DNA of 57,445 nucleotides from a virus (taxonomy: Duplodnaviria; Caudoviricetes): positions 1 to 57,445 of IMG/VR virus record IMGVR_UViG_3300033182_001174; one strand, written 5' to 3'. The notes beneath the pieces were generated by a model. It saw only the letters and a list, made by a program, of their open reading frames with translations, did not search any database and was not told the origin of the DNA. Shown one piece after another: positions 17,324 to 27,100 of the stretch (position 1 is the stretch's first letter; each line of letters begins with the position of its first letter). The position numbers and the translations under genes are program-made.

Positions 17324-20300
17324 ATGTTACCTATGTTAGCAAGAACAACTGGTAGTGCCTTAGCCCGTAACATTACGGGTAAGAGAAAGACAGTGCGAGC
17401 TGGTGCTATCAAACCAAACACTCAGATGATTCCTGATAGAAAGAGTGGTGCATTAGTTAAACAACCAAAATCATCTTCGGCAATCATGAAACCAATGGCA
17501 CCACTCAAGGAGGCCACTGGTTCTGCTGCTAAACCTGCTGCTAAGGATGATTATATGACAATCATTCATAGTAAAGTTCTTGAGATAGAAGGGATTCTCA
17601 AGGGAACATTAGCAGCAGAGAAGGAAGAGCAGAGACAAAAAAGAAAAGCACGAAAGGATGAGGACAAGGCAAACCAAGAAAAGAAACTAGAAGCAAAAGA
17701 CGATAAGCAAGATAAGAAAGGTATTAAGATGCCTAAGGTTCCTCAGGTAGGAATCTTTGGATGGATAAAAAGGTTTATTGGCAATGTAATACTTGGAATA
17801 TTTTTGTCCAAGATGGTTGACTTTGCACCTGCATTGGGTGGATTTATAAAAGCAGCAGATGGTATCACTACATTCTTAGCAGATGTAGGAATAAAATTAG
17901 TTGATGGTCTTGCTACATTTGTTGACTGGGGATACAAAGCATATGATGCAACTCAAGGATTCTTAGAAAACTTTGGTGTTGGTCAAGAACAATTTGATCA
18001 ATTCTCTGGTGCTGTGTCTGGAATGATTGATGCATTGATCATTGCATCAGTCATTCTCGCGGCAAGGGGTGAAGATGGTTTAGGACCTGGTGGTCTTGAC
18101 AAAGCAAGAAGACCTCAAGGACGTACACCTGGTGTAACACAAGGTCGTGGTGGACAAAGACCTAGAATGAGATTTCCTGGCACTGGACCAAGAATAACTC
18201 AGGGTCGTGGTGGTCCACGTCGTCCTGGAGCACCAGTCACTCAAGGTCGTGGTGGTCAAGGAACAAGTCCAAGATTTCCTGGAACAAGACCACCAGTGAC
18301 TGGTGGAGGGACAACTCCAAGACTTCCTAAAGGAACAAAAGGTGGAAAAGGTAATTGGTTACTAAGTTTAATCCTTGCACCATTTGAATTTTTTGGAAGA
18401 AAAGGTGAGGGACAAACCGATCTTCAAGCTGGAGTTGGCACTGCTGGTAGCACTGCTGGTGGATATGCTGGTATGAAAGCAGGTGGTGCATTAGGTGTTA
18501 AAATAGGAGCATTCCTTGGACCTAAAGGTGCATTAGTTGGTGGTATTCTTGGTGGAATAATAGGTGGAATTGTTGGAAGTGTAACAGGTGGAGCAGCAGC
18601 AGATAAGTTAACAGGTGCAGACAAGGTTGGACAATATCAAGAAGGTGGTAGAATTACCAAGAAGTCAAAAGTAAAACGTGGTATTAAAACTAAGAAGAAA
18701 CCAAAGAAATTAAATCTTAGAAAACCAATAAAACAAGATCTCAAAGATCTTCCACCTCCAGCAAAAGGTCAAGAACCTACACAACAGAGAGCATGGTGGG
18801 ACTTCCTTGGTTGGGCTGGCACTGGTCAGAAACAACCACTTGGTCCTGGTGGTGAGATGCTCGCAGAAAAAGTAACCAATGTAGGTAACACTCTTGGTAG
18901 AGATGATTTCTTCGGTCCTGTTTTAAAAGTAACCTCAAAAATTATTTTAGATCAGGAAGTTAACAACATAGATTATCAAAACGTAAGTCGTGGAATTAAC
19001 TTATTACTTAATGAAGGAATTAAAGCAAACAAAGTTGCTCAAGGTGCTTTTAAATATCAAGAGGGTGGGGAAGTATTGCCCATAAAAACTGCGATTGATG
19101 CTGGAAGGTGGATAGAGAGCACTTTTAGATCCACAATTAGAAACAGTTCTGAAAAATCAATCATGCGTTCTGGATCCTCATTTACTAAAAATAAAATGAA
19201 TGAGGCATCAACTGCAGGACCTGGAACTGCTGCTGGAGAAAGAGATTCTGCTTCTGGTGAAATGGTTCCTGGCACTCAAACAGGTTCCACAACTTCAAAA
19301 TTTGGAACGGTAGAGCAAAAGAAGATGCTTGATGCCATTGCTTTTGCTGAAGGAACGACAGGAAGTTATGGAACTCTTTATGGTGGTAGGGTAATAGATG
19401 AACTTGCTGCAGGGGAGATGACAATAGCAGAAGTTCTTAAGATGCAGAAGAGTAAAATGTATAAAGGTGAAAGTGTTTATGGTTCGGGATATGATTCTAA
19501 TGCTACTGGTAGATATCAGTTTATGTCCTATGTCTTAGAGGAAGAGATAGGCAAACAAGGTGCAGATCCCTCTGAGTTGTTCACCCCTGAGATGCAGGAT
19601 AAATTAATTCTCAATAGGATTTCAAGAATGAGAGGAGTTACTCCAGAACTCTTGGCAGCAGAGGGTATGAGTGATAAGGTTATTGATATGTTAGCACCTG
19701 AGTTTGCATCGTTCCCTAACTTGTTTGGTCCAGATGCTCAAGGTAGAGTGGGAACTAATACAAGTTACTATGGTCAGGGGGGCAAGACAGCAGCAGAAAT
19801 TAAAAAAGCATATGGAGATTCCACAGGAGAGTCCTCTGCTATTGAGATAGCAGACACTCAAGCACAACCTACTGCACTTAATATTGAACCGTCATCAATT
19901 ACTCCAGTTGAAAAAGCAAGTGAACCAGTTGGTCCAGCACCTGGTTCTGCAAATGCTGAGAAGGAGGCAATTGCAGGAGCACTTGGTGATTTTATGAAAG
20001 CAAATAGATCTAAGATTGGAGTTACTGGATCTATTCATCAATGGTTACCAAGACATCCACCCAAGAAGGTTAGAACAAGTTATCAATCATGGCATAATGT
20101 GAACAGAGCACTTGATATTGGTGGTTGGTCTCCATCTAGTCCTGAGGGAGGTGGTGCTGATGAACAGGCACCTGTGATTGCTGCATTACTTGAGTGGAAT
20201 AAGAAGAACGGATATAATCCCGTTGAATTAATTCATGGTTCTCCCGCATATAAGAACGTTGGAAGTTATAGAAAGTATCCCGATGTTCACCATCATCATG

Positions 20301-20638
20301 TTCATGTAGCATATGAAAAGGGTGGCATGACTCTTGACAAACCTCATCTTGCCATGTTAGGTGAGAAAGGAAAAGAGATTGTCATCGATAATGATAGTAG
20401 TGTCAGTGAAGTTTCCCCGATGCTTCTGGCAATCAATGCAGCAAAGAACAAACAAGGAGTTTTAGATGCTATTCAAAACTTTGCCCCATATGATGAGAGA
20501 TCAAGCAAAACCATCTCTGTTCAGGAAGAAGAAATGCCTGAAGAGAGTGGTTACGGTGGTCAAGCAAGAGGTGGATTGCTCCCAGTGATGATGGGTTCTC
20601 CAGATAATTCTTTTGACTTCTTAGAATATCAAGGTTAA
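17324..20638 (+). CDS. Tail-associated protein with lysozyme-like and peptidase-like domains
   Basis: AIAFAEGT...ATGRYQF (lambda-lysozyme/GH104-like); SWH...RALDI...HHHHVH (M15-like); AMLGEKGKE motif. Confidence 0.7.
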   Translation: MLPMLARTTGSALARNITGKRKTVRAGAIKPNTQMIPDRKSGALVKQPKSSSAIMKPMAPLKEATGSAAKPAAKDDYMTIIHSKVLEIEGILKGTLAAEKEEQRQKRKARKDEDKANQEKKLEAKDDKQDKKGIKMPKVPQVGIFGWIKRFIGNVILGIFLSKMVDFAPALGGFIKAADGITTFLADVGIKLVDGLATFVDWGYKAYDATQGFLENFGVGQEQFDQFSGAVSGMIDALIIASVILAARGEDGLGPGGLDKARRPQGRTPGVTQGRGGQRPRMRFPGTGPRITQGRGGPRRPGAPVTQGRGGQGTSPRFPGTRPPVTGGGTTPRLPKGTKGGKGNWLLSLILAPFEFFGRKGEGQTDLQAGVGTAGSTAGGYAGMKAGGALGVKIGAFLGPKGALVGGILGGIIGGIVGSVTGGAAADKLTGADKVGQYQEGGRITKKSKVKRGIKTKKKPKKLNLRKPIKQDLKDLPPPAKGQEPTQQRAWWDFLGWAGTGQKQPLGPGGEMLAEKVTNVGNTLGRDDFFGPVLKVTSKIILDQEVNNIDYQNVSRGINLLLNEGIKANKVAQGAFKYQEGGEVLPIKTAIDAGRWIESTFRSTIRNSSEKSIMRSGSSFTKNKMNEASTAGPGTAAGERDSASGEMVPGTQTGSTTSKFGTVEQKKMLDAIAFAEGTTGSYGTLYGGRVIDELAAGEMTIAEVLKMQKSKMYKGESVYGSGYDSNATGRYQFMSYVLEEEIGKQGADPSELFTPEMQDKLILNRISRMRGVTPELLAAEGMSDKVIDMLAPEFASFPNLFGPDAQGRVGTNTSYYGQGGKTAAEIKKAYGDSTGESSAIEIADTQAQPTALNIEPSSITPVEKASEPVGPAPGSANAEKEAIAGALGDFMKANRSKIGVTGSIHQWLPRHPPKKVRTSYQSWHNVNRALDIGGWSPSSPEGGGADEQAPVIAALLEWNKKNGYNPVELIHGSPAYKNVGSYRKYPDVHHHHVHVAYEKGGMTLDKPHLAMLGEKGKEIVIDNDSSVSEVSPMLLAINAAKNKQGVLDAIQNFAPYDERSSKTISVQEEEMPEESGYGGQARGGLLPVMMGSPDNSFDFLEYQG

Positions 20639-20661
20639 ATAGTAGTGAGAGGTAATAATTA

Positions 20662-22014
20662 ATGACACAACAAATATCTACAAAAGCAGCAGATCCTGGT
20701 ATTGTAGAACAGGTAGACATTTATTCTAATGTTGATCCAAGTAAAACTGTTAGCCTTGTCGGAGGTCTTCTTAGTTTCTCCTACATTGAAAGTATAATGA
20801 GTGACACTATCAAAGTGAATCTTTCATTTAGTGATAGTGGTGATAGTATTGATGGTAAAACAGTGACAGAGGGTCTTCCTCTTGTTGGACAAGAGAAAGT
20901 GGTAATAAAATTTGCAGATAATAATGAAAATTTTATTGGAGATACACCTCAATTAGTGATGTATGTTAATAAGATTACTAATGTCGGAGATAGAACACAG
21001 AAATCTGTTATAAATCTTGAACTTGTATCAAAAGAATATATCTTGAATGAAAAGATAAGAGTAACACAAAGATTTGATGGAAAAATATCAGATCATGTTC
21101 AAAAAATTCTAACAGATCAAAAGTATTTGAAGACAGAGAAACCAGTAACAGTAGAAGATACAATCAATGAATATAATTTCTTTGGTAATAATAAGAAATC
21201 ATTTTACACTGTGACTTGGTTGTCGAAGAAAGCAGTTTCCTCTGAGCATCAAAAACTAGGACAGAGTGCTGGATTCTTTTTCTACGAAACTTATGATGGA
21301 TTCTTTTTTAAATCTATCGATGGTCTTCTAAGTCAAGAACCAAAGTTAAAGTTGATCTATAATGAGACACCAGATACCTCAGGTGCAAATATTCCTGATG
21401 GATATGACCAGAAAATTTTAGATTTTCAGAAGAGTAATAATGTAAATGTGCAAGATAAATTAAAGATGGGTGCGTTCTCTACTAGAACAGTTTTGTTTGA
21501 TCCATTTACATGTTTTTATGAAGTCAAAACACCAAACGCAGAGGAATCTCAAGATTCTCTTAAAATGGGTGGTAAAAATTTGTACCTTGCCTCAGAGGAG
21601 TTGAGAAATAAAGAGTTTGATATTCCAGGAGCAAACAAAGAGTTTTCAAGGACACAATATTTTTTACTTGACAGTGGAACAGCTCCTTCGGGTAGCACTG
21701 ATCAACAGATTGAAAAGTCAGCAGAAGAAAACTTTGAGTATGGACAAATTGCAAACCAGTCAGTCATGAGATACAATCAATTGTATTCCATGAGATCTAG
21801 TATTACCATTGCTGGTAACTTTACATTGCGAGCTGGTGATACAATTTACATTGATTCTCCTGGATTGCAGAAGGAAAGGACCCAGGAGGTAGACCACAAA
21901 GATGGCGGTCTATATATTATAACGGATATCTGTCATCAACTTACCTCTGAAGGCACATACACTCGATGCAATTTAGCAAGAGATTCCTTCGGAAGAAAAC
22001 CTAAAAAACGTTAA
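20662..22014 (+). CDS. Baseplate hub protein (gp27/GpD-like)
   Basis: LPLVGQEKV, FFFYETYDGFFFKSID, LRAGD..GLYII..ICH; late promoter at 20636. Confidence 0.65.
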   Translation: MTQQISTKAADPGIVEQVDIYSNVDPSKTVSLVGGLLSFSYIESIMSDTIKVNLSFSDSGDSIDGKTVTEGLPLVGQEKVVIKFADNNENFIGDTPQLVMYVNKITNVGDRTQKSVINLELVSKEYILNEKIRVTQRFDGKISDHVQKILTDQKYLKTEKPVTVEDTINEYNFFGNNKKSFYTVTWLSKKAVSSEHQKLGQSAGFFFYETYDGFFFKSIDGLLSQEPKLKLIYNETPDTSGANIPDGYDQKILDFQKSNNVNVQDKLKMGAFSTRTVLFDPFTCFYEVKTPNAEESQDSLKMGGKNLYLASEELRNKEFDIPGANKEFSRTQYFLLDSGTAPSGSTDQQIEKSAEENFEYGQIANQSVMRYNQLYSMRSSITIAGNFTLRAGDTIYIDSPGLQKERTQEVDHKDGGLYIITDICHQLTSEGTYTRCNLARDSFGRKPKKR

Positions 22015-22020
22015 GGAACT

Positions 22021-22239
22021 ATGTCTGATAGAAGTATTCAACAACACATTAACGATGATAAGGACCTTTTGGAGAACGGAACTCTGTCTCCACAAATGCG
22101 TCGTCATGTAGCAGACGAACTGGATCACCTTGAGCAGTACCAAGCAAATCATCCTGATGATGATCATGACCCAACGTCATTTGAAATGTATTGTGATGAG
22201 AATCCAGAAGCAGATGAATGTAGAATTTACGAGGATTGA
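22021..22239 (+). CDS. cp12: CP12 Calvin-cycle inhibitor (phage type)
   Basis: C-terminal FEMYCDENPEADECRIYED CP12 signature. Confidence 0.92.
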   Translation: MSDRSIQQHINDDKDLLENGTLSPQMRRHVADELDHLEQYQANHPDDDHDPTSFEMYCDENPEADECRIYED

Positions 22240-22820
22240 TGGAAGGAGGAACACTATTTAATCCAGGATTTCTTGGAGCAGCTTTTCTATGGTGGGTCGG
22301 TCAAATTGCTGACGATTCCACTTGGAGAGATAATATCAATGCAGGAAATTATGAGGATGCAGATGGTGTTCCTGGATGGGGTAGAAGATATAAGGTAAGA
22401 ATTATTGGTCTCCATGATCAGGGTGAGGTAGAGATTCCTTCTGATCAGTTACCATGGGCAAACGTAATGTATCCCATCACTGCTGGTGGATTCCAAACAA
22501 ATAGTGGAGCAACACCACAACTTCGTCAAGGAAATATGGTGTTTGGATTCTTTCTTGATGGACAGGATCAACAAGTTCCTGTCATCATGGGAGTTTTAGG
22601 TAACAACTCTCAGACACAACTGTCTCAAGTTATTGGTGATGATTCTGTTACCAATGCTCAGGCAGGTAGTATTGCAAGAAGTGGATACTCTACTGGAGCA
22701 AGATCCAAAGGTGCTGCGACCGAAGTTGCACCAGATCAAGATTTAGTAATTAAACAACCTGCGAGAAGGAGAAGAGGACAAGGTGGTAGAGGTGGAGATA
22801 CTGTGAGGAGGGTAGCATGA
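22239..22820 (+). CDS. gp5: gp5 N-terminal OB-fold baseplate hub protein
   Basis: WWVGQI, RYKVRIIGLH, LPWA, VFGFFLDG..QVPVIMG. Confidence 0.82.
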   Translation: MEGGTLFNPGFLGAAFLWWVGQIADDSTWRDNINAGNYEDADGVPGWGRRYKVRIIGLHDQGEVEIPSDQLPWANVMYPITAGGFQTNSGATPQLRQGNMVFGFFLDGQDQQVPVIMGVLGNNSQTQLSQVIGDDSVTNAQAGSIARSGYSTGARSKGAATEVAPDQDLVIKQPARRRRGQGGRGGDTVRRVA

Positions 22821-24145
22821 CACAAACACCTTTTGATGCAGATGCTGCAAATGATAGAAAAAATGCAAGTGTTGATCGATCATTAGAGGCAACTCTTGCT
22901 AGAGAAGAGGCAGCAACAAATGCTGCTCTTGAAGCCGAGGCACAAAGACAGGCGCAACAACAGCAACAGCAAGAGGATAATGCAGAGGCAGGACCAGGTG
23001 CTGCACCAGAACCAGGTGCCACTCTTGAAAACGAAGGTGTTCATCACATCACTGCTGGTGATGTAAAGAGGCAGGAAAAATGTGAAGAGAAAATAGTTTT
23101 AATGAAACCAGACGAACCTGTCATGTCTGCTATGAAAGGCATTCAAACTGCCATTGAAAATATGACTAGAAAAATTGACAAATATCTTCAAGCAATTCAA
23201 AGTTATGTGGATGCAGTTTCTAGTGTAATTAACGACATTAAGAAACTTATATCAGATATTGCACGGGAAATTGCAAAATACATGAAGATTATCATGGACA
23301 AGATCATGGAATATGTCCTAAAGATTTTAAACAAAGGTCTTACTGCAGTTGTTGCTGCATTGCCATCTAGTTTAAGATATCAATTTGGTGATATGAAGGA
23401 GGTTTTTACTGAACTCATTCTTTGTCTTTACAATAAAATGATGGATGGTATGGGTGAAACAATTGCTGGTGCAATAACAGATGCTATCAATCCAGATCAA
23501 CTTGAGAAAAATGCTAATGATAGAGCAAACAATGGGCAAGATGCAAACGGGCAACTGAATGGTGCTCAAACAAGTCCACAAGTATCACCATGCTATGCTG
23601 ATGAATTAGTCAGTCAAGTTCTTTCAAGTAAGAGATCTCAGATAGATGATGCTAACAATAATTTAGTCGATAATATGAATGCATATCTTGAAGATGTCAC
23701 AGGGACATTATCAGGTATTAGTGGAGCACTTCAAGAGGGTCAGGATGCACTTGGAAACTTGGGTGATATTACAAACATGATTCCAGATATTTCTGGTGGA
23801 ATGGCAGCTGCATTAAATTTTACCAATATAAAGTTGAATGTATTTGGTTGTGAGTTGCAACCAAACATGGCAATATCAGATTTTTATACCTTCTGTAATG
23901 CAGGTGGTGCAGCACCCGCAGCAAAAACACCAAGCACTGCTGCTGTTGCAGAAAATGTAGAGAATGCACCAGCAGCACCTGCAGTAGAACCTGTTCCATT
24001 TGCAGAAGTTCCTAAGGATGCACCTGATGTTGATAATACAACTGCTGGTCAAAGTGATCCTATTGGAGCAGACATTGACGCAGAACTTGAAAGAGCTAGA
24101 GCAGGTGATAGATCTGGTCTTGATGATGCTCTTGATATCATCTGA
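22817..24145 (+). CDS. Baseplate-associated helical protein (gp5-linked)
   Basis: ATGA-coupled to the gp5-N ORF; coiled-coil content. Confidence 0.55.
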   Translation: MTQTPFDADAANDRKNASVDRSLEATLAREEAATNAALEAEAQRQAQQQQQQEDNAEAGPGAAPEPGATLENEGVHHITAGDVKRQEKCEEKIVLMKPDEPVMSAMKGIQTAIENMTRKIDKYLQAIQSYVDAVSSVINDIKKLISDIAREIAKYMKIIMDKIMEYVLKILNKGLTAVVAALPSSLRYQFGDMKEVFTELILCLYNKMMDGMGETIAGAITDAINPDQLEKNANDRANNGQDANGQLNGAQTSPQVSPCYADELVSQVLSSKRSQIDDANNNLVDNMNAYLEDVTGTLSGISGALQEGQDALGNLGDITNMIPDISGGMAAALNFTNIKLNVFGCELQPNMAISDFYTFCNAGGAAPAAKTPSTAAVAENVENAPAAPAVEPVPFAEVPKDAPDVDNTTAGQSDPIGADIDAELERARAGDRSGLDDALDII

Positions 24146-24180
24146 TAAATACAAAATATGAAGACAAGATGTAATCAATA

Positions 24181-27100
24181 ATGTCATTCAACGTATTCGG
24201 TCCCACTACTGGCAAAGATGTTAGAGTCGGATACATTTCGACAGAAAGAGGATATGTCACAGGTCTCACTGTCTTAGAAGCAAATCAACACGCCTTTAAA
24301 AATCCAGGTACTCAGTTTATTCTGACAACCAGAGATAAGACAAGATATTTAAACATTAATGAAGTAAATAAATTAACAAAGGAAGATCTTTTACCCAAAA
24401 ATAATGCAGCACAAGGAACTTGCGATGGTATAACGGGATTAGATCCTTCAGATACTAAACCAACCCCACCAACTGTCGTCATCAGTGGTGGTGGAGGAGT
24501 TGGTGCTGTTGGAAATCCTGTGATAGGAGAGGATGGATCTTTATTAGATATTATTGTTACTAACGGTGGTTATGGTTATGCGGTTCCACCACAAGTTTCA
24601 TTTGTAGATCCAGATAGATTTGGATCTGGAGTGGTAGCAAATGCAACTATTGGATTAACTACAACTACTATTTTAGAAGAGTACACTGCTGAAGATGAAT
24701 TTGAAGAATATAATTTTTCTCCTGACGGTTCAGAACTTTCTGGATATGGATCTGTAGTTGACGTTGATGGTCAAACAATTGGTGATTGGGATCCAACATT
24801 ATATACATCCTTTGAACAAGACCCTATTGGAATTGAGATTGCAAGGTATCAACAAATTTTAAGTGAAATTGATAATCCTTGGTGGCATACAAGAAAAGAG
24901 ACACCATTGTCTGTGACATTCCTTGACAAAACAACTAGAGTTGTTCATGAGGTTAAGCACCCAGAGTGGGCTAGAGCATTAACAAAGAAAAAAACTGATA
25001 CAACAAACACATCGAATACCACAAGCACAGTAAGCACAGAGTTTACTGAAGTTGAATTTGAAATCTATACTCAAGGAAATCGAGATGCGAGGCAGACCTT
25101 AACATTTAATTTTATTGCTGAGGATAACTCTCACAAACTTCAGTTTAAAGCATCTAATTATAGAGAAGAGAAGAAAACTAAAGTCACTAAAAGAATAAAG
25201 AAAAATACAAAATATAAAGTTGTTTCTACTGGATCTCACAGAGGTAAAGGTACTGAACAAGGTCTTGTTGCTGGCATTGGAAGAAAACCAAAGGAAATTA
25301 AAGGGAACAAAAAAGGATCTGTAATTTTTGCGGACTTTGTTAAGTCCGCAAATGATAATGATGACTTACAAATCAGAGCAACTAAAGGTATATTTACTGC
25401 AGATAGATTACCTGAAAAACCTGAGGGTCATAGTACATATGCTTTAACATATGAATTGAAAGATGATTCTGTCTCTAAAGCCCGTAAAACTAAACCATCA
25501 ACTAAAATTGTAAAGACAGAAGTAGACAGCTTCATGAATAAGTATGCTGTCTGTCCTACATCAATGTCTAATGTTCCTGGTAGTGACTATGCTGGTAGAA
25601 TTTGTACCTTTGAGTGGGAGGAGGACTTTCCGATAACTGGAGATTATATCTTCAGAGGCATGGCAGATAATATCAGTAAGGTTTATATTGATAATGATAT
25701 TATCATGCAACCCAAACATTTTAGAGGATATCCTCTTCCTAAAGATATTGTCAAAAAAACTATAGAATCTGGTCCACATAGAATTAAAATTGATTTATAT
25801 AATATTCCAATACTCGAACCCAAACCTCAGGCATCTGGACCACAAGATCTAACTATTACATATCATGGATTGAATCGTGGTTCTAGTATAAAAGTTTCTG
25901 AAGAAAGAGTATATCCAATTAAAGTAGCAGATCGTGGAAAATTAGGTAGGGGTAATAATGCTGCAGTTAAATCTGTTTCTAATAAGACAATTAAATTTAC
26001 AGATTCGACCAGTCAAAATGATACTGATGCAGAATTCAAGATCGTATCACCATCACCTGGAGTAAGTGCTAAATTTAGAGGAAGTAATGATAACAATCTT
26101 GAGTTAGTTGTCAAGGGAAAAGGGGATGTTACCCTTCGATTGGAATGGAATGATGACCCAAGGAGAAATGGTGAGGCAGTTGGCAACATCAAAGTCGCTG
26201 GTGAGACGTGGAAACAGAGAGCATTTAAAGATAAAAAAGGAGATGTAGAGAAAACTATCAATGTAGGATTTAAAGAAACTAAAGAGGTGGTGGGAAAAGG
26301 TGGATATATCGTTAGTGGTGATAAGAAAGAAGTTAGAATGAAGGATGGTCATGGTGATGACATCAACTCTACATTTTCAATCCAAGATTCTACAAATAAT
26401 GCCAGATTCTCTAATGATGGAAAGAGATTAATAACTGATGGTCCTGGTAACGTTGTATTAAGATTACAATGGAATGATAATCCCAAAACTGCGGGAGTTG
26501 CTGTAGATAAAATTGAGGTTGGTGGTGTAGTATTGGATCAAAGACGTGAAAAAGGTAGAGTTACAAAAACTCTTGTCGTTAAAGGTAGTTCATCATCAAG
26601 CAAGTCATCCAGTAATAGTCAAAGTCCTGGTATGATTTTCAACACCATTGATTATATTAAAAAAGCAGACAGGAAACTTTGGAGAACAAACGTATTTAAT
26701 CGTGGTGGATTCCTGAACGATTATGGTGTTTGTCCTTTTGACACCAGAAAGGTTTTAGATGATAACCCATATGGTGGTACTCATGTAATACGTTGGGAGC
26801 ATGTAACTTTCCCTGCTGATGGTAACTATAAAATTACAGTTGATTGTGATGATAGGGTAAAACTATTCATTGGCAATAGAACTGGTTCAGGTGCCATTGG
26901 AATTGGCAACGGACTAAAAGATATTGAGGAGGGTGGTGATGAAGTAATTATTGAAAATGGTATGGATAAGAAAACCTATACCAAATTCTTTAAGAAAGGA
27001 CAGTATCGGATTAGAGCAGAACTCTATCAGAAACCTGGTGGTAGGTTTGGTTTTGGTACAGATGGTCGTGCAGAACTTTCAGCAAGATTTTCAAAGCAGG

